DNA from: the human T2T-CHM13v2.0 reference genome, Homo sapiens
NCBI RefSeq assembly: GCF_009914755.1
Contig: NC_060930.1
Strand: one strand, 5' to 3'
DNA: 64,000 nt
A program made the position numbers and the translations under genes. This document shows, in pieces, positions 48,431 to 59,563 of this stretch. Each line of letters begins with the position of its first letter. The first letter of the stretch is position 1. The notes under the pieces are model-generated. The model saw nothing but the letters and a program-made list of their open reading frames with translations. It had not been told where the DNA came from and did not search any database.

Positions 48431-49017
48431 CTGTGCCCCCAAATAACTTGTCATCCCTACTATCTTCTGTCTAGTCATACTCCTATTTGCCGTTCTCAAC
48501 TACTCATACATGCCCTGCTCTTGTTTACACTGCCGGTTTACACTGTTTCTCCAAGCCATCACAGCTGATATCTCCTCGTGCTATCCCCAAACTGCCACTC
48601 TAAACTCTTGAAGTAAATAAATAATCTTTGCTGGCAGGACTATGCTGAACCTCCTTAGGCACTCTCTAATCAGATGTCCTAGGTCCTCCCAATTCTTAGT
48701 CCTTTTATACCTGTTTTTCTCCTTTTCTTATTCCATTTAGTTTTTCAATTCATACAAAACCATATCCAGGCCATCACCAATAATTCTACACGACAAATGT
48801 TGCTTCTAACAACCCCACAATATCACCCCTTACCACAAGATCTCCCTTCAGCTTAATCTCTCCCACTCTAGGTTCCCACGCCGCCCCTGATCCCGCTTGA
48901 AGCAGCCCTGAGAAACATTGCCCATTCTCTCTCCATACCACTCCCCAAAATTTTCGCCGCCCCAATACTTCAACACTATTTTGTTTTATTTTTCTTATTA
49001 GTACAAGAAGGCAGGAA

Positions 49018-49451
49018 TGTCAGGCCTCTGAGCCCAAGCCAAGCCATCGCATCCCCTGTGACTTGCACGTATACGCCCAGATGGCCTGAAGTAACTGAAG
49101 AATCACAAAAGAAGTGAAAAGGCCCTGCCCGGCCTTAACTGATGACATTCCACCATTGTGATTTGTTCCTGCCCCACCTTAACTGAGTGATTAACCCTGT
49201 GAATTTCCTTCCCCTGGCTCAGAAGCTCTCCCACTGAGCACCTTGTGACCCCCGCCCCTGCCCACCAGAGAACAACCCCCTTTGACTGTAATTTTCCTTT
49301 ACCTTCCCAAATCCTATAAAAGGGCCCCACCCGTATCTCCCTTCGCTGACTCTCTTTTCGGACTCAGCTCACCTGCACCCAGGTGAAATAAACAGCTTTA
49401 TTGCTCACACAAATCCTGTTTGGTGGTCTCTTCACACGGATGTGCATGAAA
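49018..49451 (+). promoter_or_regulatory. 3' LTR (LTR7B-like) with poly(A) signal at 49387-49392
   Basis: Colinear, indel-free copy of the 5' LTR with 18 substitutions. Confidence 0.92.
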
Positions 49452-49664
49452 TAAACCATGTTTGATGAACCCAGATGAGCAATCTGTTGATCTGAGAAAA
49501 GGAGTTTACTTGAATGAAAGCTAGTGTTGTTTGGATAAATGGACATTGGGAAGTTCCTGAAACAATCACGTGATCTGCAACTTTATCTTCCTGAGCCAGG
49601 GTTTTCTGGAAGAGTGATGCCCTGTAGCTGCAGACAGTGAGCTGTGTGGTTGAGATAGTTTGAA

Positions 49665-50230
49665 TGCTGGGGGCTATTTCAGTTGGTGTGGTCAGGGAAG
49701 GCCTCCTAGTTGATGAAACCTTAGTAGAGGTCTGACTGTTGTGAAGGGTGAGCTGTGAGCAGTTCTAGGAAATTCAGCATTCTAGCCAGAGAGAAGAGTC
49801 AGGGCAAATCCCTTGGCATGGGAAGGATTTTGAGTGTTGGAGGACTAGCAAGAGAAGCAGGATGGCTGGGGAAACCATTGAGCAAGGGGGAGGTTACTTG
49901 GAGATTAGTCAATACCTTCCCAACACTAGGAAGAGTTTGGATTGAATTCTAAGGGATATGGGAAGTCACTGATGGTTTTAAAAAGAGGAGTTATCTGATT
50001 TAGAGGGTTAAATGACCACTTTGGCAGGAAGACCAGTTAGGAGGCTTTTGTAGTAGTCCAGGAGAGGGCAGGTGGCTTGGTCTTTGGTCATAGCAATGGA
50101 GGTGATGAGAAGTCAGTGGTGTACTAGGAGTTATCCTTGACTCCTCTTTTCCCGAACATCTCACATTCAAACTATCTACCTTCAAAATATAACTCCTAGT
50201 ATTTTGACCGGAATAACTGATTGAAAAGCT
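49665..50230 (-). mobile_element. L2a continuation, containing a micro-inversion
   Basis: 'gtggtcagggaaggcctc', 'gggaagtcactgatggttttaaa', 'gaagaccagttaggaggct ... gtagtagtccagg'. Confidence 0.8.
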
Positions 50231-50239
50231 ATTCCATGT

Positions 50240-50627
50240 TGTTATGGACTGTGTGTGTTCTCCCAAAATTCATATATTGAAGCCTATATCCCAGTGTGAC
50301 TATATTTGGATACAAGGCCTCCAGAAAGGTAAAATTAAGGATATATGGGGTCATAGGATAGGATTCTAGTTTAGTAGCACTGGTGTCCTTATAAGAAGAA
50401 GGGACACCAGACATCTCTTTCTTTCTATTCACAGACTAAGGAAAAGCTATATGAGGATACAGCAAGAGGGCAGCCAACTACATTCCTGGAAGACAGCCCT
50501 GAAACCAACACTGATGGCACCTAGATCTTAACTTCTGGCATCTGGAACTGTGAAAAAATAAATTTCCATTGTTTAAGCCATGCAGTCTGTGGTAATGTTT
50601 TATGGCATCTCTAGCAAATTAATATAC
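50240..50627 (+). mobile_element. MaLR solo LTR (MLT1A/A0)
   Basis: Starts tgttatggactg. Contains 'ctggtgtccttataagaagaa'. 5-bp TSD catgt on both sides. Confidence 0.88.
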
Positions 50628-50968
50628 CATGTAATAGTATGTAGAAAACTGTGGAAAGAGTAGATTTGGGCAGGGTGGGAGCATGGGGGTAAAAATAAAC
50701 AGTTCTCCTTGTGGAAATGGTTGTGGATTATATGAGTTTTAAAGTCAGAGTGAAGGATGTTGAGATATAAAGGAGAGAGTCAGTAATGTGTGGCTTTGAG
50801 GCTTGGATTTTTCTTTTCTTTCCTAAACATCTGACTCTACCACCACTAGCCTCCTCCATTCCTGCCTTCTTGAATAACTATTTCTATTACGCCATTTCTC
50901 TTCTTCCTATTGAACACTACTTTCTGTGAAGGATTAGCTGTGATGTGGTGTAAAACTCTTTGGACTTA

Positions 50969-51352
50969 GGCCAGGTATGGTGGCTCAAGCCTGCAATCCC
51001 AGCATTTTGGGAGACTGAGGCAGGCAGATCACGAGGTCGGGAGATCGAGGCCATCTGTCTAACATGGTGAAACCTCATCTCTCTACTAAAAGTACAAATA
51101 ATAATAATAATAATTAGCCGGGTGTGGTGGCAGGTGCCTGTAGTCCCAGCTACTCAGGAGGATGAGGCAGGAGAATGGCGTGAACCCGGGAGGTGGAGCT
51201 TGCAGCGAATTAACTCACTACACTAAAATGTCACTGAATAATATCAATAAACACATACATTTTTATTGTATGTGGATCGCGCCACTGTACAGCAGCCTGG
51301 GCAACAGAGCGAGACTCCGTCTCAAAAACAAACAAACAAACAATCAAAAAAA
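50969..51352 (+). mobile_element. AluY-like element with a 67-bp foreign insertion in the right arm
   Basis: 'gagatcgag' and 'gaatggcgtgaacccgggagg'. (AAT)n-expanded linker. TSD ctctttggactta. Confidence 0.93.
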
Positions 51353-51354
51353 CC

Positions 51355-51560
51355 TCTTTGGACTTAGTGTTAAGTACTCTGGGTTCAGGTCCCATCTCTA
51401 ACCCTTACTATCTGTATAGCCGGGGAGTCTTGAGCAACTGATTCACTTAACTTCACTGGCATCAACTTCTTCACCTGAAATATGAATAAAGATATTTACC
51501 TTACAGGCTTATTATGAAATAACAACTATGCATGAGAAAAAAATGAGTATAAAAGCATTT
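51355..51560 (+). mobile_element. MIR
   Basis: 'ctgggttcaggtccca ... cttactatctgt ... ttcttcacctgaaatatgaataaagatatttaccttacagg'. Confidence 0.65.
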
Positions 51561-51815
51561 TATAAAGTGAATATCACAATAAAAACGTGTTTATTGATAT
51601 TATTCAATGACATTTTAGTGTGATGAGTTAATTTCCTAGGAGTGATTGCATATAAACTGTAGAGAAAATACTAGACCCACGAAAAACACTTCCATTGTTA
51701 ATGATGCAAGGGAACTTCTGTCTACTCTACTTCCCCAAATCTCTTCATATAAATGAGTGACCAGTCTACCTACCAATGAAATCAGTTTCATCCTCAATTT
51801 TCTATGGAGTGAACC

Positions 51816-52319
51816 TGTTGCAGGACGGATGGGTTCCAAAATTTAGCGTTAATCTGGGATGGTCCTTGGCTTTACCCAGGATAGAATTTAAGGGCAAGCC
51901 GGATCACCAGTAAGACAGTAATCTTCTGTTGAACAGTACTGCTCCTTGCAGAGAAGTTCTAATCATAGGCAGTGCACCCAGATTTATCAATGTATGGGCT
52001 CTTGGCAACTGTATTTGTACTCACTTAAACCCACTTTCAGTTACATGTGAATTAAGAGGCAGGTCAATGCAAATTGAGGGAAGGATTATTTGGAACTTTC
52101 TAAGAAAGAGACAGTAACTTAGGGGTTGTTAGAATGGAAAGAGGGGGTAACTTTTGGGTTGCTGTCGTGGCATTTGTAAATAGTCATGGCACTAGAGATT
52201 GCTTTCATCGCCATCTGCTGGTTCCTGCTGGTTTCTTCACTTTATCCTGTCTGGACCAGACCCTGATTTGGTTAGCAGGGTTGTGTCCAGAAAACCAGTC
52301 CTGCTGGTCTCCTACCTCA
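51816..52319 (-). mobile_element. ERV1 solo LTR (MER66-like)
   Basis: Reverse complement starts tgaggtaggagaccagcaggactggttttctgg and ends caaca, giving TG...CA termini. Confidence 0.7.
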
Positions 52320-54009
52320 GTTCTATTTCTGTTTATGAACTAGATTGACTTGCTCTAGAAGATATAATACAGACTATAACATAGAGTTAGAGATTTGTAA
52401 GATGTTAAAGAACCCTTAGATATATTGTCCAGAGATGGCAAAATTGCAAATTAAATTACCACTCTCCTATCTTTTGGCCATGAAAGACATTACTTATTTA
52501 CCAGAGCACATTTGTCTACTAAGCCCTCAATAGCCTCGAAATCATTTTCTTTATGGTATAGAGCCTCTACCATTTTGTTTCAGCAGGAAAATTTTATTTG
52601 CCATCTGTGATTCCTTTCATTATACAGATGGAGAAACTGAGACCTTGAGAGGTAATTTGTCTAACAGCATGCTTACTGTTTTTAGTGAATGCCAAAAATA
52701 CCTAAGCAGGAAGCTGCATTTCTATATATGGAAAATGAATGTACTTATTATAAATGTGCATATACCTTCACACCTCACCACACATATATACATGATTGTT
52801 CATTTGAAATCTTTTTTTTTTCTGATTGAAGATACCCCTAAGGAGGCTGGAGACACCAAAAAATCTTTCTTAACTAACATTGGCAGTATTGAAACACTGC
52901 CTTCTGAGAGAAATGACTTTTGTCTTTTACTTAATTAATTATAAACAGGAATCACTAGATACCTGCAGGTTGTTGTTTGCTTACTTATTACAGCCAAGCT
53001 CTGCCATTCTTAAATCTCTTTTAACTCTTAAAAAGGCAGGCAGAGAGGTTTCTTCTCCTTTGATCTTCTTAAGGGCACTGATACATTAAAGGATGCTATG
53101 ATGTCTCAGACTGCCAAAATATAACACTAATAATACTGTGTGCTCTCCAAACACAACATCCTTCCTATAATATCTTCCCTTGACAGACATAATTACTTGA
53201 ATCATCCACAGGGGCCTCTTAATGAAACTTTCTGTTTGTAGCAACTTTTGTTTCATTTAATTAGCTGTCTGTATGAGCAGTGCATGAAGGCAGTTGTTTT
53301 CTTACACAGGAAAGAATAATGTCAATTCATTTCTAAGGGTGAGCTAAATTGAAGGTGCCTGTATTAGCAGAATCACTTTCTATTTGGATTAAGCAAGCTG
53401 TCGATATTGCAGCTCCTATGTTACAACACTCTTGTTGCCATCTAACCTCAACCTGTGTATGTACAAATATTTCATTAGGTTATTCCTATAACAGGACATT
53501 AAAATGGGACTTGTCCTGTCTTTCAATTGAGGCCAAAGACACTAGATGACACCTTCTAAAATGAATTGTAAGTCAGTTCACTGATTGAATGACTCTCAAG
53601 CCACACGATTTTTTTAGATCTTTTTAACGATCTAAAAAGTGGCTATTATTGGGCGTGATAAGTAGAATTTGGAGAGGACTTCTTTGCAGTGAGCTATCTT
53701 GTTGAGTTCAACCTATGAAACGAGAGAGTGTGTGTAAAGGGGGCAATTGCCCCTAATCCCAAGTCTAGCATGAAAAACTCCAATGGGATTACATTGAGAA
53801 ATTGATATGCAATCTCTGTAGGTTTTGAATCAGATTAATGGGGCTTGGCTCATGCTTGAGAAGGCTGCAGTAGCTTGTGGTTTAGGAGTGAACTGTCTGT
53901 GATAGCATTGCCTTCCTTCCAACTGCAGACCAGTGGGCATGATTCCTAAGGACCAGGTATGGGAACCACACTAGTAATGTCAGCCTGAACTCATTTTAAA
54001 AGTGACTGT

Positions 54010-56290
54010 CTTGGAGGGATTTTCAGTTATGGTAGCATAAAAACATTGGTGAATCCTTTTAGCCAAACTGAACAAAATTGTCAAAAGGATGAAATATTTC
54101 CAGGCACTGGACTGACCATAGAGCCCAGAGTGTGTAAACCACAATTTTAGAATCATGTATTCTTAAAAACCTGGAGTGCTTTGGGAAGGAAAGGCAGACA
54201 TCTATGCCCTTTTGCTTGGGCTGCTCCCATCCTCCCTCCTGCCCCAGCACAGTTGACAAGAAGTATAGTTTTACCAGTGTGGTGCTGTCTAAAAAACCCA
54301 GCAGCTTTATTGCCAGAGGGGACAGAATCAATTTGAGAAAAAAGACAAAACCCCATAGCTGTGTCAGCTAAAACTAAAGAACTTGGTAGAAAATAAATGG
54401 GGAGGACCTGTAGCTTTGCTTATCTAGGTTTGTGGTCCTGGTTAGGGTGAGCAGTGAACTAGTAAAAATTTAATAAGAAGATCTTGGAAGAGAAAGAGCT
54501 ATGAAAGTCCTAAGATATACTTTTCATATATCCTCGGCCTACTGGGAAACTACATTTATCCTAGCTTTATCCTAGCGTAAAGTATAAGTTAAGGGACACT
54601 TGAAAACTTGCTGCAACTTGGAATGTACTTCCCAGCCCATATACAGATCAATGAACAGAAGGAGGAAAACTTATGGGCTTGAGGGGTTTGAACACAACCT
54701 CAATCTACATTATTGTCTGATTACTAAACTGTGCAGTTATAGGAATAACACCTAGGAAGCCAGGGTAAAATAGAAAAATAAAAAGAAAAGAATACAGAAT
54801 GGAGACATCAGTAGGTACATATTTTTGGGGAGACAGACATTGGAGTTTATGTCCAAGCAAATTAATAAAAAAGTAACACTTGGAAAAATAAAACAGAATC
54901 TATACTTGCTACAATTATAAGACATGCACAGAAACAGAGAAGTGTGATTCATACTAAAATAAAACCCAAAACCCAGTTTATAAAAACAGACTCAGAATAG
55001 GTCTAAGTGTAAGCTTTAGTAGAAAAATGCTTCAAGGCATCTCTCACAGATATGCTCAAAGAAGTAAAGAAAAATATTGTGACAATAACTCAAAAAATAG
55101 GGAACCTCATGAGAGAAATAGAGGCTCTAAAAAGGCCAAATAAAAATTCTAGAGTTAAAAAGATCAATAACTGAAATAAGAAATTCACTAGATGGACTCA
55201 AGAGCAGATTTGAGATGGCAAAAGAAACAATAGCAAACTTGAAGTTGGATATATCTGAAGAACAGAGGGAAAAAAGAGAGAAGACAAATTAACAGAGTAT
55301 TAGAGTCCTGAGGGGCAACATCAAGTGTATCTATATATATAATAGGTCTCACAGAAAGAGAGAAAATAAAGAAAAAATGTTTTCAGAAATAATGGCGGCC
55401 AGGCACACTGGCTCATGCCTGTAATCTCAGCACTTTAGAAGATTGAGGTGGGTGGATTACTTGAGCCCAGGAGTTTGAGACCAGCTTGGGCAACATGATG
55501 AAACCCTGTCTATACCAAAAAAAAGAAAAAAACAAAAACAAAAAACCCTGCAAAAATTAGCCAGGCATAGTGTCATGTGCCTATAGTCCCAGCTACTCAG
55601 GAAGCTGAGGTAGGAGGATTGCTTGAGCCCCACAGATGGAGGTTGTACTGAGCCAAGATTGTGCACTGAAGCCTGGGAGACAAAGTCAGACCCTGTCTCA
55701 AAAAAAAAAAAAAAAAAAAAGAAAAGTAAAAGAAAAAGTAAATGCCTTGAAACTTCTCAAATTTAATGAAAACAATTTACAAATCCAAGAAGCTGAACAA
55801 ATACCAAGTAAAATAAACAAAAAAGACCCACTTCTAGACATCATAGTGAAATTGATGAATGTTAAAAACAAAGAGAAAATACTGAAAACAGCAAAAAAAA
55901 AAAAAAAAAAAAAAAGAAAAAAGTGACTCATTATATACAAGGGAATGACAAACAATGAATGATTGACTTCTCCTTCAAAACAATGGGGTCCAGAAGGCAG
56001 TGGAATGATGTATTCAAAGTGCTGAATGTAGCAAAACTATTCACCAAGGATCCTATACCCAATGATGTATTCAATGATGTTTTTTCTCCCTGTTCATTCT
56101 CCTTTTTTAAAATTGAAGGTGAAACAAAGACATTACAAGATAAGCAAAAACTGAGGGAATTAGTTGCTGGCAGATCTGTCCTACTTGAAGTACTTAAGAA
56201 ACTCTTTCAGGCTGAAAGAACTGATACTGGACAGTGACTGAAATCCATAGGAAGAAATTAAATATGCAAGTGTATATGCATAAAACAGAT
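54010..56290 (+). mobile_element. Old L1M 5' region/ORF1 fragment split by an Alu
   Basis: L1 ORF1-like peptides NLQIQEAEQIPSKIN ... IIVKL ... NKEKILK, RRQWNDVFKVL and EGETKTLQDKQKLRE. Confidence 0.8.
55397..55735 (+). mobile_element. AluJ-like element with expanded A-rich linker
   Basis: 'ggattgcttgagccc' and 'gaccctgtctcaaaa'. Confidence 0.92.
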
Positions 56291-56370
56291 ATACATATAT
56301 ATTTATTACATATACACACACATATGTGTGTGTGTATGCATGTGTATATATACACATACACACACACATT
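56270..56370. repeat. (TA)/(CA)/(TG) alternating purine-pyrimidine low-complexity tract
   Basis: Read directly from the sequence. Confidence 0.85.
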
Positions 56371-58017
56371 TTCTCTCTCTTTTCTTCTCTAAAGATGACT
56401 CTGGCCTGCCAGATAAGGGGCCAAGCAACAAAAAGCAGGGACAGAAACTCAGAGTGAATCAGGGGTGGTTAGCTAGAGAAGAGGACTCTGTGAATTAAGA
56501 TAATTGCAGTCAGGGGGTTCCTGAAGGGGAGTCTCTAACAAAGGCACAAAACAGCCCTTGGAGATAAGAATGAGCTTTAAATATTTGCTAGATTCAGAGA
56601 CAATAAAGGCAAGCTAAAGTAGAAGTAGTCAAGAACTTTCGAGTATCCCTTACCTCTCCTCCCACCCTCTGCTTCCATTCTGGCAAAGTCTGAAATAGCA
56701 GTCAGTTCAGTGGGGAGAAGAAACCATCCTCCTCCCCAAGTGGCAGGCAGCCTACCTATGCCTGGCCCTAACCTAGGGTGAGGAGGGGATAGGGTGATAG
56801 GGCTTACCTTCCAAGCTGGATTGAATTGTGGGTTAATGTTGAACCGGATATTTTTTATTACTGAATTGTTTGTGAATTAAAGGATCTGAAGAAATTTTTG
56901 CTACCTGAAAAGGGTCAGAGGGGGAGTTGAGAACCCGCTCATTCAGAAACAGAAGACATTCTACCCTCTGCCCCTACCCAGCAAGGTTAAAGGGTAAGTG
57001 GGAGCCAAAAGTAAAGTTCCTTTTATGAACTCATTCTATTCCTCCTGCATGTTACATGTCCAGTACACTTCCCTGTTCTTCACCATCATTGAGATTTCTA
57101 GTTCCTTAATCCTTTCTTTTTTCTCCTTGTTTGTTCTTTTTATGATTTAACATTCTTCCCACTTCAGAGCAGACTTCACAATTAGTTACTTCAATCAATT
57201 CTTCCCTGTTTTCAATGGTTTCCTCCATTTTTCTACCACACAAATCTTGTAATCATTCTAATCTAACTGGTTTTCTTTCTCCTTCTACAGATGAATTAAC
57301 GAATAGTAGAGAAAATAACACATTTGGATTCTTGGTACCAGGATCATTTTAATGGTCTTTGGCTTCAGATGGGCCATTTAAACTACTCAACAAGACCTTT
57401 GTCTGCCTCTGGTCAGTTTCCTCTGCCATTCACCCCAGAAGGATCATGGATTTTAACTGCTCTGATCAAGTTTCTTATTCCACCCCTGCACTTTCTTCTT
57501 TTAGCTGCCGAGGCTGTTGTCCACGTCCCAAAGATAATTGAAGTTGAAGTGGGATGAACTCCAGGCTGACTCACATCTTCACTTCTTCCTCTGTAGCCTT
57601 AGAGAAAGAAGCTTCAATTTACAGATGATCTCAAGTTCATTCATCCTCTCCTATCACTTCTATATTTACTCCTCTTTAGTATTTTTAAACTTTTTCCTCT
57701 TCACTGACTTCTCAACACCTTGTGAACATAAGAAAGCTCATTGTAAATGAACTCCTCTGCTAGGCCTCTATATTTCTTCAGCCAAAGCCCTGTAGCAAGG
57801 CACCCCATTACAACCAAGAATATTGAAAAAGCAGTCCGCACTTTCTGCCTTCATTTATTCAGAGCCCATCAACTCCTTACATTCCTAGAAATGGATGTTC
57901 ACGCCTTCTAATTGACAGACACATTGATGTTTTCTCATCTGCTTTGTGAGATTTGATAATGTTGATGGCCCCTTCCTCCTGTAGATCCTTTTCTCCTTTG
58001 ACTTCTAGGATACCCTT

Positions 58018-58396
58018 TGTATTTGTCAGTTTTCATGCTGCTGATAAAGACATACCCAAGACTGGGCAATTTACAAAAGAAAGAGGTTTAATGGAGTTAC
58101 AGTTCCATGTGGCTGGGGAGGCCTTACAACCATGGTGGAAGGCAAGGAGGAGGAAGTCACGTCTTACATGGATGGTAGCACACAAACAGAGAGAGAGAGA
58201 GAGCTTGTGTAGGGGACCTCCTCTTTATAAAACCATCAGATCTCATGAGACTTATTCACTATCACAAGAACAGCACAAGAAAGACCTGCCCCCATGATTC
58301 AATTACCTCCCACTGGGTACCTCCCATGACACATGGGAATTGTGGGAGTTACAATTCAAGATGAGATCTCGGTGAGGACACAGCCAAACCATATCA
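58018..58396 (-). mobile_element. THE1B-like solo LTR
   Basis: Runs tgtatttgtcagttttcatgctgctgataaagacatacc to cagccaaaccatatca. 5-bp TSD ccctt on both sides. Confidence 0.93.
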
Positions 58397-59264
58397 CCCT
58401 TCTCCCCTGGATATCTTTCTTCTTTTTTGATACTTTGTTTCTGTTTATTTCTGAGCATTTCGTCTTCAGATTTTGATCCTTTTATTCTATATTTTCTCCC
58501 TAAATGATATCACTTAATCTCAAAGTTTTAACTGCAGACCCATAATAACCTGGGCCTCTGTGTGTTCAAGACCCTGGACATCTTCACTCAGATTTCCATT
58601 CCACTAGCACCACACACACGATGTGTCTAACGCTCATTGTCTCATCCCAGCACACATGCATATAAGCTGATAGACAAATGTCTTGCCTAGCTTGGTGACT
58701 GGCATCATCTATCATTTTGCTATCCAAGCCGGGCACCTGACATGAACTCGCACCTATCTAATTTACTTCTCCTCCATCTACCCACATTCAATTGATTTCT
58801 AAATCATGTAAATTTTAACATCTTGATGTCTAGCCCACACTTTTCAATCCCTTCTATTATAGTCTCAGTCTTGACCCCCAAAACCTGCATGGACAATTGC
58901 TACACTCTATTTGTTTCCACAACTCTGCCAGGCCAAATGTTTTTGTATGCCCTTTCCTGATGAAATATCTTTAATTCCTATGGCTTTCACATTAAAGCTT
59001 ACATTTCTTGCCAGGCTGGTAAGTCTTTCATGATATCATCTCTATGCCCCTCCTCAGAGTTACCTCTTCAGACACTGCTTTGTGTCCTTTCTCCTCAATA
59101 CTACCCAGCTCTTTTTATTGTCATGGAATTATTTCTTTTTCCTCAAATCTACGGTGTGTTTCATGCTCTTGACCGTTTGTGCATGTTGTCCCCACTGCTT
59201 CTCTGTCTTTTCCCTACTCACTGCTCACCTTTCAAGTCTTAGGATGTTCTCTTCTCTAGCAGAA

Positions 59265-59563
59265 TTTTTTTTTTTTTTTTTTTGAGAGACTTTCACTCTT
59301 ACACCCAGGCTGGAGTGAAGTGGTGTGATCTTGGCTCACTGCAACCTCCACCCCCCGGGTTCAAGTGATTCTCTTGCCTCAGCCGCCAGAGTAGCTGGGA
59401 TTACAGGCACGTGCTACCATGCCCAGTTAATTTTTGTATTTTTAGTAGCAACAGGGTTTCGCCATGTTGACCAGACTGGTCTCAAGCTCCTGACCTCAGG
59501 TGATCTACCCGCCTCAGCCTCCCAAAGTGCTAGGATTACAGGTATGAGCCACCGTGCCCAGCC
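59265..59563 (-). mobile_element. AluSx/Sq-like element
   Basis: Poly-T followed by reverse-complement Alu. TSD agcagaa. Confidence 0.95.

Larger units (their letters stand above)
43768..49451 (+). mobile_element. HERV-H provirus (common internally deleted form, about 5.7 kb) with two LTRs
   Basis: LTRs at 43768-44201 and 49018-49451. TSD taaac at 43763-43767 and 49452-49456. His primer-binding site, gag zinc knuckle, pro, RT and integrase remnants, polypurine tract aagaaggcaggaa at 49005-49017. Confidence 0.97.

Noticed and set aside
56400-57060. Possible ancient LTR
   Set aside because: The composition is suggestive, but I could not match it to a family with enough confidence to annotate.
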